From a virus (Duplodnaviria; Caudoviricetes): DNA of 64,000 nucleotides. Location of the stretch: the IMG/VR virus record IMGVR_UViG_2791355120_000002, positions 1 to 64,000 of that record. The stretch is one strand, 5' to 3'. Within the stretch, counting starts at the first letter, position 1, and the number at the start of each line of letters is the position of its first letter. Below the pieces are notes generated by a model. That model had not been told where the DNA came from and did no database searches. It saw only the letters and a program-made list of their open reading frames with translations. Position numbers and translations under genes: made by a program. This document shows positions 1-9,649 of the stretch, piece after piece.

Positions 1-1191
1 ATGCCTTTGACCGACATCCAGTGCCGCAACGCCAAGCCTAAAGCAGACGGATCGCCGTCCAAGTTCGCAGACGGCGGCGGTCTCTTTCTCGCGGTAACGC
101 CGGCCGGTGGCAAATACTGGCGCATGAGTTATCGCTTCGACGGAAAACAGAAGCTGCTCTCGTTGGGCGAGTATCCGGGCGTCTCGCTTGCGCAGGCGAG
201 GGCTTTGCTCGATGCCAACAAGCGGACCTTGAAGGCCGGCAAAGACCCCGCCGAGCACAAGGTAGCCGCGATCATGGGTGGCCTAGACGGCTTCGAAACG
301 GTTGCCCGCGAATGGCTCGAAGCACAGAAGCCGGCGTGGGTTGCCGAGCATTATCAGCGCGTGCTCGGTCGCTTCGAGAACGACGTGTTCCCGGCGATCG
401 GAAAGATGCGCTGCCGCGACATCCAGGCTGCGAAAATCCTCGAAGTGCTGCGCGAGGTTGAGAAGCGCGGTGCGCTCGACGTGACCAAGCGCATCCGCCA
501 GTCAATCAGCAAGGTCTTCCGCTACGCTATCGCAACGGAGCGCGCCGACCGCGATCCTGCTGCCGATCTGGTAGACGCGTTGAAGGCGCAGCCGAAGGTC
601 AAGCACATGGCCGCGCTCGAAGCCGATCAGATCGGCGAGTTCATGACGAAGCTGCAAGCCTATGACGGTGAGCGACAGACGCGCCTGGCCATCGAACTGA
701 TCATGCACACGATGCTGCGCACCAACGAGCTTCGCTTCGGCAAGTGGAGCGAGATCAAGGATGACCACTGGTTGATCGACGCCGAGCGCATGAAGATGTC
801 TCGCGACCACAAGGTTCCGCTGACCAGGCAGAGCAAGGCAATCCTGGCCGAACTGAAAACCATTGCTGGCGACTCTGACTGGATCGTGCCCGGCGCTGGC
901 GGTCAGAAGCCGATCAGCCAAAACACGATGATCTTCGCGCTCTACCGCCTCGGCTACCATAGTCGCCTGACCATCCACGGCTTCCGGTCGACGGCCTCAA
1001 CGGTGCTCAACGAGTCCGGTCTATGGAGCCCCGACGCGATCGAACGGCAGCTTGCTCACGTCCACGGCGACAAAGTGCGATCCGCTTACAATCGCTCAGA
1101 ATATTGGGCCGATCGCGTGAAGATGATGGAGTGGTGGAGCAATTACCTGACCGAGCGCAATTCGAATGACCTGACGGCGCTGCTAGCCTAA
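1..1191 (+). CDS. int: Tyrosine recombinase, P4-like phage integrase
   Basis: N-terminal arm-binding domain (DGGGLFLAV..GGKYWR..YRF.GK), catalytic R (LRTNE), HGFR, LAH and Y (AYNR). Confidence 0.95.
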   Translation: MPLTDIQCRNAKPKADGSPSKFADGGGLFLAVTPAGGKYWRMSYRFDGKQKLLSLGEYPGVSLAQARALLDANKRTLKAGKDPAEHKVAAIMGGLDGFETVAREWLEAQKPAWVAEHYQRVLGRFENDVFPAIGKMRCRDIQAAKILEVLREVEKRGALDVTKRIRQSISKVFRYAIATERADRDPAADLVDALKAQPKVKHMAALEADQIGEFMTKLQAYDGERQTRLAIELIMHTMLRTNELRFGKWSEIKDDHWLIDAERMKMSRDHKVPLTRQSKAILAELKTIAGDSDWIVPGAGGQKPISQNTMIFALYRLGYHSRLTIHGFRSTASTVLNESGLWSPDAIERQLAHVHGDKVRSAYNRSEYWADRVKMMEWWSNYLTERNSNDLTALLA

Positions 1192-1668
1192 CAGGCTGCT
1201 CAGATCGTTCTCCCATCTCGGCCAAAGATTGTCGAAAGGGCGGTCCACCTTCTTGGCATATTTGAGGCAGTTGAAAGTGCCGCCCCATGAGCCGTCCCAA
1301 AGAGCGCACATCTTGTTCGCTCGGTCCACCATCCACTCGTTGCGCTTCTGCATTGCGCGGCTGCCAGGAATATCGCTGACGACGTAGACGGACGCGGCCT
1401 TGGACAGGAGCGCTTCGAGCCGTCGCCGGCTCTCGGGCGGCCACCGCGAATCGTGCCCCTTGAAAGGCACGGCCGCGATGAGCGGAATGCCGAGTTCAAC
1501 AGCACCCTCCGCGAAGGCTTCGTCCCACCCGAGCGCCATGCCGCTGACCGCCTGCTCGGGCAGTTCGGCTGCCAGGTAGTTCATGGCCAGTATGCGCAGC
1601 GCCACGCGAACGTCTTCCCCGTATCCGCCGAGCTTGGGCGGCCGGTGCCCTGTCGCCGCAATGATCAA
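1183..1668 (-). CDS. SLOG/YspA-like (DUF1273) nucleotide-binding protein
   Basis: TGHRP, SGMALGWD, RNEWMVD and ALWDGS.GGT motifs. Confidence 0.85.
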   Translation of the reverse strand: MIIAATGHRPPKLGGYGEDVRVALRILAMNYLAAELPEQAVSGMALGWDEAFAEGAVELGIPLIAAVPFKGHDSRWPPESRRRLEALLSKAASVYVVSDIPGSRAMQKRNEWMVDRANKMCALWDGSWGGTFNCLKYAKKVDRPFDNLWPRWENDLSSLLG

Positions 1669-2330
1669 AGCCGCTCGGCGAACGTGCGGATAACCCTAAA
1701 CGACTCAATGTCTGCCATGCGAACCTCGTAGCCGTTTGCCTTGCGCGTTCCCACCTTCTCGATCGTCGGCCAGTCGAGTTCGTAGATGACGACTTGGAAA
1801 TCCGGCATCGGGATCACACCAAGCGTGACGGTGCCGTTCCGCGTCTCGGGCGGAATGAGGAAATACTCGCGTTCACCGACGATCGGCGTCACGTGCAAGC
1901 GGTAGTGAGCCCCACGGATGATGGCGTACAGGTTAACGTTGTTGTCTTTCGCAACCTGGTCTGTGTCTTCGGGGAAGGACGGGTGGCCACCATCCATCTG
2001 AATGAAGCCGGCCACGACATTGACAGCGCCGCCAGCGACGACGTTTCGAGTTTTGCGCTGAACCTCGCTCAACTCGGGCGAAGTGCCGGCTGCAAGCCAG
2101 CCCGCATCGACCTTCAGTATCTTAGCCAGGGCCGTCTGCGGCGCGCGGCGCGGAAGCGTCTCACCGGCAAACCATTTGCGAACAGTCTCTGCGGCGACTT
2201 CAACGCCGTGCTGAGCGAGTCTTTCGACGAACCAGCCGAGGCGGCCGTAGTTCAGGGGCGGTACATCTGGATTGCCATCGCAGGCCTGTTCCAGGCGGCG
2301 AGCAAAATCAGGGTGTGCGATATCCTTCAA
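1665..2330 (-). CDS. HTH transcriptional regulator, probable prophage repressor
   Basis: FARRL...ETVRKWFAGETLP...LAKILKVDAGWL Xre-like HTH; TTG start with an AAGGAG SD; operator-like site upstream. Confidence 0.75.
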   Translation of the reverse strand: MKDIAHPDFARRLEQACDGNPDVPPLNYGRLGWFVERLAQHGVEVAAETVRKWFAGETLPRRAPQTALAKILKVDAGWLAAGTSPELSEVQRKTRNVVAGGAVNVVAGFIQMDGGHPSFPEDTDQVAKDNNVNLYAIIRGAHYRLHVTPIVGEREYFLIPPETRNGTVTLGVIPMPDFQVVIYELDWPTIEKVGTRKANGYEVRMADIESFRVIRTFAERL

Positions 2331-2400
2331 GCAAATCTCCTTTTCTCAACTCTCGTACCGCCAAATCACTTTCGCCCACTGCATCTGAGTCGAGAAATGT

Positions 2401-2415
2401 GCACATTAAAAGTGA
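2401..2415. promoter_or_regulatory. Operator-like palindrome upstream of the repressor gene
   Basis: GCAC-ATTAAAA-GTGA matches the genome-wide TCAC-N7-GTGA motif. Confidence 0.6.
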
Positions 2416-2418
2416 AAG

Positions 2419-3906
2419 TCAAGTGTGGAGCGTGAAATTTCTGATAATACGGTCCTGCGTTGCATCCTTAGCGTTGAGGATAGTTAACGCACGCTCGTCA
2501 TACGTGCCTTCTGCGATGATCGGATATATCAAAACTTGCTCAGTCTGTCCCGGTCTCGGAAGTCGAGCGTTTGCCTGCAGCCACAACTCAAGCGAGAATG
2601 TGAGACCGTACCAGGCGGCGATGTGTCCTCCGTATTGCAGATTCGTGCCGTGCCCGATAGATGCCGGATGAGCGAGCAGCATCTTGATTTTCCGCTGATT
2701 CCATAGGGTCACAGCGTCCTTGTTCTCATTTGCGACGATCGCATGAGGGTAGCGCTTGCGGATCGCGTCCTTGTCAAACTTAAAGCTGTAGAAAACCAGA
2801 AGGTTCTCCCCCTGAGCGCTCTCAACGAGTTCTTCGAGAGCGCCCATTTTGGCGTCGTGAATGTGCACGACCGAGCGATCTTCCTTATAGAGATGACCAT
2901 TAGCGAATTGCAGAAGCTTGTTCGCAAGCACGCCGTTGGACACCGCTTGAACGTCATACGGTTCACTGAAAAGTGTTTTTTCGAACTCCCGATAATCACG
3001 CATTGCGTGATCCGGCAGCCGCACCTTCATCGGAATGAAGCGCGGATCAGGGACGACCTTTTCCTGCGGGATCGTGACAAGCAGGTCGTGCAGCCGTTCG
3101 AGGATTTCCTTCTCGGCATATGACCGTGGCGTGACTGTGTGCGTACGCTGGTCCTTCTCGAACCAGCGGCGCTCGAAGTCCGACTTGTCGCGGCCGAGGC
3201 GCTGCCCCTGATCGAGCAGATATGCCTGGCCCCACAGGTCTATGAGCCCCTGCGGTGCCGGCGTGCCGGTCAGTTCAACGATGCGGCCTATCTTACGCCG
3301 CGCGGTCGTCATGATCCCGAAGCGCGTCTGCTTGCCGCCCTTGCGAACGCGGATCGTGATCTCGCCAGCCGCGTTGACGGTCTTGACCTTGGTCGCCTTC
3401 GTGCGGCCCTCGCCGCTCTTGAACCGGCTCGACTCGTCGATGACAACTGTGTCCCAGTACCAGTTCTCGACTGTGCGGATGTGCTGCGCGAGCCAGCTAA
3501 GGTTTTCGAAGTTGATGGTGGTGATTTCGGCACGGCGCTTGATGGCCGCAGCACGTTCCTCGGGCTCGCCCACGGCCACCGCATATGAAAGCGCTCGCGT
3601 GTGCTGCCATGCCCCGATCTCGTCAGGCCAGGTATTAGCCGCGACGAAGTAAGGTGCGATGACTAGGACGTGCTGCGCCTCGAACCGGCTTAGCAGGTCA
3701 TAGAGCGCGTCCAGCGTGGCGCCGGTCTTGCCCGAGCCCATGGCCGAGATGACGAGCTTCGCGGAGCTACCTTTGATGATGTCGGAGATTAGCCGCTGCG
3801 TCGCTCGCATGTCGGAGCGCGGGCGGATCGACGGGCCACCATAGTGTCCGATCGACGGCGGCGGCTCGTCGGCGAGCAGGTCCGACAGGTCGAAATCGAA
3901 GTCCAT
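2419..3906 (-). CDS. SNF2-like SF2 helicase
   Basis: MGSGKT Walker A, IDESS, LTGTP, HPASIGHGTNLQ and QANARL.R motifs. Confidence 0.92.
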   Translation of the reverse strand: MDFDFDLSDLLADEPPPSIGHYGGPSIRPRSDMRATQRLISDIIKGSSAKLVISAMGSGKTGATLDALYDLLSRFEAQHVLVIAPYFVAANTWPDEIGAWQHTRALSYAVAVGEPEERAAAIKRRAEITTINFENLSWLAQHIRTVENWYWDTVVIDESSRFKSGEGRTKATKVKTVNAAGEITIRVRKGGKQTRFGIMTTARRKIGRIVELTGTPAPQGLIDLWGQAYLLDQGQRLGRDKSDFERRWFEKDQRTHTVTPRSYAEKEILERLHDLLVTIPQEKVVPDPRFIPMKVRLPDHAMRDYREFEKTLFSEPYDVQAVSNGVLANKLLQFANGHLYKEDRSVVHIHDAKMGALEELVESAQGENLLVFYSFKFDKDAIRKRYPHAIVANENKDAVTLWNQRKIKMLLAHPASIGHGTNLQYGGHIAAWYGLTFSLELWLQANARLPRPGQTEQVLIYPIIAEGTYDERALTILNAKDATQDRIIRNFTLHT

Positions 3907-3913
3907 ACCGTGT

Positions 3914-4456
3914 CTAACCGCTTTTCACCATTGCCACGAAATCGCCCGCGTTGCTTGCAGGCGCTTGACGGCACGCCGGATAGAAGCCCTCGCAGTTGCA
4001 ATAGCGATACGGGTCTTTCTCGCAGGGCTTGAGCGTCAGTGGTTGCTGTCCACCGGCATTCCTCGCTTCCTCCAGCTTCCTGCGCAGGTCTGAGGCTTCG
4101 GCTTCGGAGGCGTCGAGTTTCCTGGCTACGTCAAGCAACCTTTCAAGCGATCTGTCGCGCGACGCTTTAAGCTCATCCCGTTCCGCAGAGAGGCTGGTGA
4201 GGGCGGTGGCGGGAACTAGAGGCACCAGTTCGCCGTGATCGATGTTAGCCAGCCGCTCGGCTGCTTCCCTTTCGATAAAGACGCGCTTCCACCCCAAGCC
4301 CTCAATCAGCCATGCGGCGATCCCCTCTGTCGGTGCCACCGCCTGTGCAGGGGTGGCGTCCGGCAGTGGGAACAACTCAAATCCGGCACCGATCTCACCT
4401 TCATCGCCATCCTCGATGATCTTTTGCTTAAGCCATTCCGGGTCGAGATGAGGCAT
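3914..4456 (-). CDS. Hypothetical protein (coiled-coil segment)
   Basis: 180-aa ORF packed in the operon. Confidence 0.6.
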   Translation of the reverse strand: MPHLDPEWLKQKIIEDGDEGEIGAGFELFPLPDATPAQAVAPTEGIAAWLIEGLGWKRVFIEREAAERLANIDHGELVPLVPATALTSLSAERDELKASRDRSLERLLDVARKLDASEAEASDLRRKLEEARNAGGQQPLTLKPCEKDPYRYCNCEGFYPACRQAPASNAGDFVAMVKSG

Positions 4457-4459
4457 CGG

Positions 4460-5119
4460 TCAGCCCTCCAACTTTGCAAGGGTCAGGTAGCTGTCACGCC
4501 ACCCTTCCCATCGCTGCTGAACGCCATCGTGCTTGTATCGGTGAGTATTTCCCCATTCTCCGTCGAAGGGTGCCAGATCGAAGGTCCGGTTATAGCGATC
4601 CTCAAAGGCTTTGATGACACTGTTGGGGACGAACGGTTCGGCAATATGCCGTTCAACCTCCATGCTGCGTGCCGCCGCCTTCACCGGCACGATGTCCATC
4701 ACGTCTCGTGCATAGTCGCTATCCATCAGATCGGAGGAGGCGGCGAGGGCGGCACGGGCTACGTCTCCACAATCACAGGGCCGACTGCCGTCTTGCTCCT
4801 TCGTAACGGGTATAGCCTTTGGCGTGATGTATGAGGGATCACCATCCCACGATGGCGTGTCGATCCAATTTTCAGGATCGGCGTAAAACTTCAACGCATC
4901 CACCATCGCGAACGACTGCCCCGCAACCATGTGCTGAACCATTTCCGTTGCCTGCGCCGCAGTAAACAGATTGGTGCCGACCGGCCTATGCTTCATCGGA
5001 TGAGCAGTATGCTCGTTAAAATCGGCCTTGAAGCTGATGCCGGCGTCTGGTCTGAAATCTTCCGGCAATCTCCACGCCAGAAAACGGTCTACCATCTTGT
5101 TGATTTGATCTTCGGTCAT
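4460..5119 (-). CDS. Hypothetical phage protein
   Basis: 219-aa ORF with an SD-like GAAGGG, same strand as neighbours. Confidence 0.65.
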   Translation of the reverse strand: MTEDQINKMVDRFLAWRLPEDFRPDAGISFKADFNEHTAHPMKHRPVGTNLFTAAQATEMVQHMVAGQSFAMVDALKFYADPENWIDTPSWDGDPSYITPKAIPVTKEQDGSRPCDCGDVARAALAASSDLMDSDYARDVMDIVPVKAAARSMEVERHIAEPFVPNSVIKAFEDRYNRTFDLAPFDGEWGNTHRYKHDGVQQRWEGWRDSYLTLAKLEG

Positions 5120-5164
5120 TTAACTACCCTTCGATGTTGTGGGTGAAAAGCGGATAGGCATGGT

Positions 5165-5500
5165 TCATACGAGCAGCATCTTGGTCTTCAGAAACTCGAT
5201 GGCTTCGGCGCCTGTATAGAAGACGTGGACGGTCACGCCGACATCGGCCAAGCGCTTGAACTCTTGCTCCTGACCCTTCGACAGTTTGCCGTCGCGCGAG
5301 CGCGTCTTGCCGCGCTTCTTCATCTCGATCGGGATGATATGCCCGTAGCCGAAGAAGAAGCGATCCGGGCAGCTATGGCGGCCCTGATACTGCATCTTTC
5401 GCGCGATCCAGCCGTTGTTCTCGGCCCACGCAACCACGTCGAGTTCTTCATTGGCTTCGAGGGTGCGCGTGCTGAAGTCGAAGTCGTCGAGCACTTTCAT
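5165..5500 (-). CDS. VRR-NUC domain nuclease
   Basis: PDR...IEMK...LS.GQ PD-(D/E)xK pattern; lies between polymerase and helicase as in Chi-like phages. Confidence 0.85.
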   Translation of the reverse strand: MKVLDDFDFSTRTLEANEELDVVAWAENNGWIARKMQYQGRHSCPDRFFFGYGHIIPIEMKKRGKTRSRDGKLSKGQEQEFKRLADVGVTVHVFYTGAEAIEFLKTKMLLV

Positions 5501-5772
5501 GGCATGAACTGCGGCCGTGGCGGGGGAGGCAATTGCACCGCGCAGCGCTCATGTGGCGCTGTTGCTTGCACCTGCCGGCGTGCCAGGAAGTCCTCGGATG
5601 CTCGCCTGTTCATGAAAGCCTTGTTCTTGGCGAGCGACCAACGCGGCGACTGGTAGCCGGATCGATCCCAAATCTTCTTGATCATCTCGTCGGCGAAAGC
5701 TTCCTGCCGACGCCAGTAGGTGATGTCGCTTTGAAGCTGATCGGTGGACCAGTATTTTCTGCTGCTGCTCAT
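5497..5772 (-). CDS. Hypothetical protein
   Basis: ATG start (MSSSRKYW) with ATGA overlaps on both sides. Confidence 0.55.
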   Translation of the reverse strand: MSSSRKYWSTDQLQSDITYWRRQEAFADEMIKKIWDRSGYQSPRWSLAKNKAFMNRRASEDFLARRQVQATAPHERCAVQLPPPPRPQFMP

Positions 5773-5921
5773 GATGACCCCTTCAGTTTTGAAAGGCAGC
5801 GGCGGCAGGTCACTTGCCCAGGGGCACCAGTGCTGATGACTGCCGACATCCAGCGGCGGCCGGGTACACCGCAAAGCGACGAGGCGCCCGCCTTCCGAGC
5901 GTGAACTGCGTTCCTTTTCAT
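5769..5921 (-). CDS. Small putative zinc-finger protein (50 aa; not in the ORF track)
   Basis: Translates as MKRNAVH...SLCG...VTCRRCL; ATGA-coupled to the polymerase stop and to the next start. Confidence 0.55.
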   Translation of the reverse strand: MKRNAVHARKAGASSLCGVPGRRWMSAVISTGAPGQVTCRRCLSKLKGSS

Positions 5922-7954
5922 GCTGCCATCGCCCACGTTGCGTAGAAGGCAATCCGATTGGCCTTCGTCAGGCGAAGCGGTTTGCGAGGTTCAACAATCG
6001 GCCCGTAGAAGCCGAGATCGGTGAGAATGCTTTCCGCCTCGGCGATGTAGCGGGCGTAGTCGATGTCTGCGGGGAACTCGTCGGGCAACCTCATGCACTC
6101 GATGGCGCCCTCGGTTTTCGGCACCTTGGCGAAGTTGCCGGTAGTCTCGTGCGGCTTCGCCTTGAAGATCGGCTCACCGTCGATGCCCCAATAATAGCGC
6201 ACCGTCTTGCCGAGATATTGCCCGCGCCAGGTCGCGCCGCCCGCTGCCTTGATGACCGTGACGAACTGCTTGATGTCGCGGCAGTTTCGAATCGTCACTT
6301 CGACAGGCGTGCCATTCTTGATCTGCATCAGCGCAGCGTCCGAGCAGATCGTCGCCTGCGGGTTCTTCATCAACTGACCGCGCACCGGATCGAAGTCGTC
6401 GATGTGCTCGCTCCATGGATTGCCGAGCGGGCCTTTGCGCTTATGGCCACCGTCCTGCTTGATCGCGAAGTAGGAGTTGACCGACTGGTTGTAGATCGCC
6501 TGGTACTGACCAAATTCGAGATCGAGCGTGGTGTCGCGCTCCCACTGTTCGCAGATATCGGCAAGCAGCGACGACTTCAAACGGTCGCCGTCGACCCCCG
6601 CATAGTGCTCACGCGGGCAATAGAACATGACGCCATCGGTGTTGCCGCTGACGACCTTGATGCCCGCGCGCTCGGCGCGCTCGATCAGCATCAGCAGCGT
6701 CAACTGCCCGGTAAGCGTGACCGAGATCAGCAGGTGCGGCGCGTAGAGCACGCTATGCCGGCTCCCGAGCTTCCCGTACACGCCGTTGAGGGCGATCTTG
6801 AAGCCCTTGTCCTTGACCTTGCAGCTTTCCAGTTCGGCTTCGAGGGCCTTTTTCCGGTCGGGATCGTTGACCTTTTTCAGTTCATCCTTGATTTCCTTGG
6901 ACCGCTTTTTCGCCTTCAGGCGCTCGGCCTTTATCTCGCGATAGACTTCCAGGAAGTGGGCGCCGAGAGCCTTCGGGTAGAGGCCGAGCAGCAGAATGAT
7001 CGCCGGGTACTGCGATGCCACGTCAGCGTCGACTAGGACGTGGGTCTCATTGGACTTGAGAGCCCTGTTGGCCTCGGTCGAGTGGAGCCCGCCGATACCC
7101 ATCTGGTAGGTCGTGTCGCCGATCGTGATGGACGTTTCCGCCAGCCACTTCGGCATGTCGACCTTGCCCTCGTCGGTGATCATGAAATCGGTTTCGCGGA
7201 GCCGATCGACGATCGCCTGCAACTCGGGCGTCTCGAACTTCATGAAGTCGGGGATCGGATAGCGGAACGTCGTGCCGGCCTTGATCGAGGCTTTTTCCGG
7301 CCGGCTGCCGCTCAATTGCTCGACGCGCGTCTTGACGATCATCTCGCCGATCTGCGCGTCCGACTTCGACATGAAGTTCTTGCCGTAGTGCGGCCCGAGC
7401 GCGCGGCGCAGTTCGAGCGGTTCGGCCAGAGCGTTCCAGAGATTGTGCGTGGCGTCGAGATCGGAATGCAGGCAGTAGTTGGCGACGATATCCATCTGCT
7501 CGTCGCTGAGCCGCATGTCTGGGTCGAACGGCAGGTCTTGCAACTGCTTGCCGTGCATCCGCCCGTTGAGCGTCTTGAGGCTGGCAATCGCGTTCGGCTG
7601 CGGCTCAATCAGATCGATGTGACGCTGCTTAAGTTCGAACGGAATGCGGATGCCGAGAAGGTCTTCAACCTCCCACCACGGCACCCTGCCCCGGATGATC
7701 CGATCGGACGCGGCCTTCAACTTCGCAGGCGTCACGTCCTCGTCGAGCGAGTACCAGATCATCGGCAAGTCGTAGGGCAGGCTATTGAAGCCCACCGACG
7801 TGTTGCGCATGAGCACGCTGCGCACATAGGCGCGGTCGTAGTCAGGCCGGCGCCGGCTGTACTCGACCCCGACGCGCTTGCCGTCTTCCTCGCGCTTGAA
7901 GCCGATGTAGAAGAAGTCGTGATAGCACTCAATGTCGGTGAAGATGGTGCTCAA
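5918..7954 (-). CDS. DNA polymerase, family B type
   Basis: Exo I DIE, DADVASQYP (motif A), KIALNGVYGK (motif B), SGNTDG (motif C). Confidence 0.92.
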   Translation of the reverse strand: MSTIFTDIECYHDFFYIGFKREEDGKRVGVEYSRRRPDYDRAYVRSVLMRNTSVGFNSLPYDLPMIWYSLDEDVTPAKLKAASDRIIRGRVPWWEVEDLLGIRIPFELKQRHIDLIEPQPNAIASLKTLNGRMHGKQLQDLPFDPDMRLSDEQMDIVANYCLHSDLDATHNLWNALAEPLELRRALGPHYGKNFMSKSDAQIGEMIVKTRVEQLSGSRPEKASIKAGTTFRYPIPDFMKFETPELQAIVDRLRETDFMITDEGKVDMPKWLAETSITIGDTTYQMGIGGLHSTEANRALKSNETHVLVDADVASQYPAIILLLGLYPKALGAHFLEVYREIKAERLKAKKRSKEIKDELKKVNDPDRKKALEAELESCKVKDKGFKIALNGVYGKLGSRHSVLYAPHLLISVTLTGQLTLLMLIERAERAGIKVVSGNTDGVMFYCPREHYAGVDGDRLKSSLLADICEQWERDTTLDLEFGQYQAIYNQSVNSYFAIKQDGGHKRKGPLGNPWSEHIDDFDPVRGQLMKNPQATICSDAALMQIKNGTPVEVTIRNCRDIKQFVTVIKAAGGATWRGQYLGKTVRYYWGIDGEPIFKAKPHETTGNFAKVPKTEGAIECMRLPDEFPADIDYARYIAEAESILTDLGFYGPIVEPRKPLRLTKANRIAFYATWAMAA

Positions 7955-8280
7955 ACCAGCAAGCCCTCGTCGCTCGAAAGGACGCCTGCGCCGGTCAGGA
8001 CCCGAAGACTTCTGTCATCGATCTCCGGCTCAACAACCTCCCACTCGTAGTTTTTGCGGGTCGGTCCCCATCCACGGCCGAAGTTGAGTATCGAGATCAC
8101 GTCCTCGGTCGACAGGATGCCCGCCTCAGCAAGCCGCTCGATCATCAACCGAGTGGCAAAGACGTGCGCCATACCAACGGTATCGCCCACTGCCTCGAAC
8201 AGGGCGTCGCGGAGGGACATTCCGGGGGAGTTGGAGTAGTCGTCGAGCGGCCGTTGGCGGAACTTCTGCATGGCGGTCAC
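7951..8280 (-). CDS. Hypothetical protein
   Basis: Overlap-coupled ORF in the operon. Confidence 0.6.
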   Translation of the reverse strand: MTAMQKFRQRPLDDYSNSPGMSLRDALFEAVGDTVGMAHVFATRLMIERLAEAGILSTEDVISILNFGRGWGPTRKNYEWEVVEPEIDDRSLRVLTGAGVLSSDEGLLV

Positions 8281-8873
8281 GCAAGCAGGTCTTCGAGCGA
8301 GTCAGCGGCAACCGGCTTCGGTGCAACGTCTCGCTTGCCGCGCAGGGCCTGCCAGTAGAAGGAGACCCACTTGGCCTGGTGGGTGGCATCGTCGAGCGCC
8401 GTGTGTGCGGTGCCTTCCAGAGTGCCTGTGTACTGCGGGCCGTTGGCAGCCAGTTCTTTGATCGTGCGGCAGTCACGCACGTTCCAGAAATCCCACGGCG
8501 CAGGCTTATCGAGAATGCGGCCGAAGGCATATTCGAGAATGGTGATGTCGAACGATGAGCCGTTACCCCACGGCTTAATTCCGGTGCCGTGCTTCCGGCA
8601 GAACTCGTGGAACTTCTCAAACACGAGTTGAGCCGAGTGGCGACCGCGCACGACCTTCTGGCGCGCTGCCTCGCCCTGGTTGAGCCACCATTTCAGCGTT
8701 GAGCCTGAAACGCGGCCGTAGCGCACTGCGTCTTCCAGGTCGATCGCCGCGTCAAAGGTCTCACCAAGGGCGCCCGTATCGGGATCAAAATAGATTGCAC
8801 CGATAGCAACAACAGGCGCATTCGGAGCAGTGCCCATGGTCTCCAAGTCGATCATGCAGTGAGTGAATTTCAT
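8277..8873 (-). CDS. DEDDh 3'-5' exonuclease (Rv2179c/DUF5051-like)
   Basis: MIDLETMG, WGNGSSFD, RDCRT and HTALDDA.HQA motifs. Confidence 0.9.
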   Translation of the reverse strand: MKFTHCMIDLETMGTAPNAPVVAIGAIYFDPDTGALGETFDAAIDLEDAVRYGRVSGSTLKWWLNQGEAARQKVVRGRHSAQLVFEKFHEFCRKHGTGIKPWGNGSSFDITILEYAFGRILDKPAPWDFWNVRDCRTIKELAANGPQYTGTLEGTAHTALDDATHQAKWVSFYWQALRGKRDVAPKPVAADSLEDLLA

Positions 8874-8880
8874 GAGACTT

Positions 8881-8922
8881 TCCCGTTAAACGTGAAAGTT
8901 GGGGCGGCCGAAACCGCCCCAA
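8881..8922 (-). promoter_or_regulatory. Hairpin (possible terminator) followed by an operator-like site
   Basis: TTGGGGCGG/CCGCCCCAA stem at 8899-8922; TCCC-GTTAAAC-GTGA at 8881-8895. Confidence 0.55.
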
Positions 8923-8933
8923 AGTTTCCGGAT

Positions 8934-9599
8934 TCAGAAGTCGAAGTCGTCGGACTTGGGCTTGCTCGACGCGGACGAGCCGCTGTCGAAGCTGTCGTCA
9001 TCCTCCATGTCGTCGAAGTCGTCGGCGTCGACATAGATGCCGCCGCCCATACGCTCGCCTTCCTGGTGAGAACGGATAGCCTCGACCGAGGCAAAGATGC
9101 CGCGCGAGCCCTTATCGGTGCCGAAGAACGACACGATCACGTCGGCGTAGCAGCCGCCGTAGAACACATCGAGAATGTCCTTTTCCTCAACCGGCCGCTT
9201 GTGACGATCGAGAAGTTTCGGACGCTTCTGGCCTGCGGACGGTCCTGACGCCGAGAATGCAAAGTTGCCTTCATAGCCGGCATAAACCTTGTTCTCCTTG
9301 TTCTTGAACTTCTCGCCCTTCTTGAAGCAGACACGCTTCGGATTATCCTCCGCGATGTCCTTGTAGGCATCGGGATTCTTCCACTCCTTTTCGCCGGCCT
9401 TCTTCATAGCGCCGATGATCTTGTCCTGGTTCGCCTTGAAGTGCGGACCCGACGCTTCGTTGATGACGTTCAGGCCGTGCTTCGGCTTCGCATTGGGATC
9501 ATCGCTCGTCTTCTTCTTCTCCAGCAGAGAGTCGGTGAAGGAGAGACGCACGCGCTTCAGTTGGACGGTGCGGCCGTCAGATTTGTCTTCAATTGCCAT
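8934..9599 (-). CDS. Single-stranded DNA-binding protein (DUF2815-like)
   Basis: VRLSF, FYGGCY and GERMGGG motifs; acidic tail ending DDFDF. Confidence 0.85.
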   Translation of the reverse strand: MAIEDKSDGRTVQLKRVRLSFTDSLLEKKKTSDDPNAKPKHGLNVINEASGPHFKANQDKIIGAMKKAGEKEWKNPDAYKDIAEDNPKRVCFKKGEKFKNKENKVYAGYEGNFAFSASGPSAGQKRPKLLDRHKRPVEEKDILDVFYGGCYADVIVSFFGTDKGSRGIFASVEAIRSHQEGERMGGGIYVDADDFDDMEDDDSFDSGSSASSKPKSDDFDF

Positions 9600-9649
9600 A
9601 ATTGTCGGTTTCCTGTTGCTCAGTTTTCAGTAGTTGGTTGCAGCGGTTG

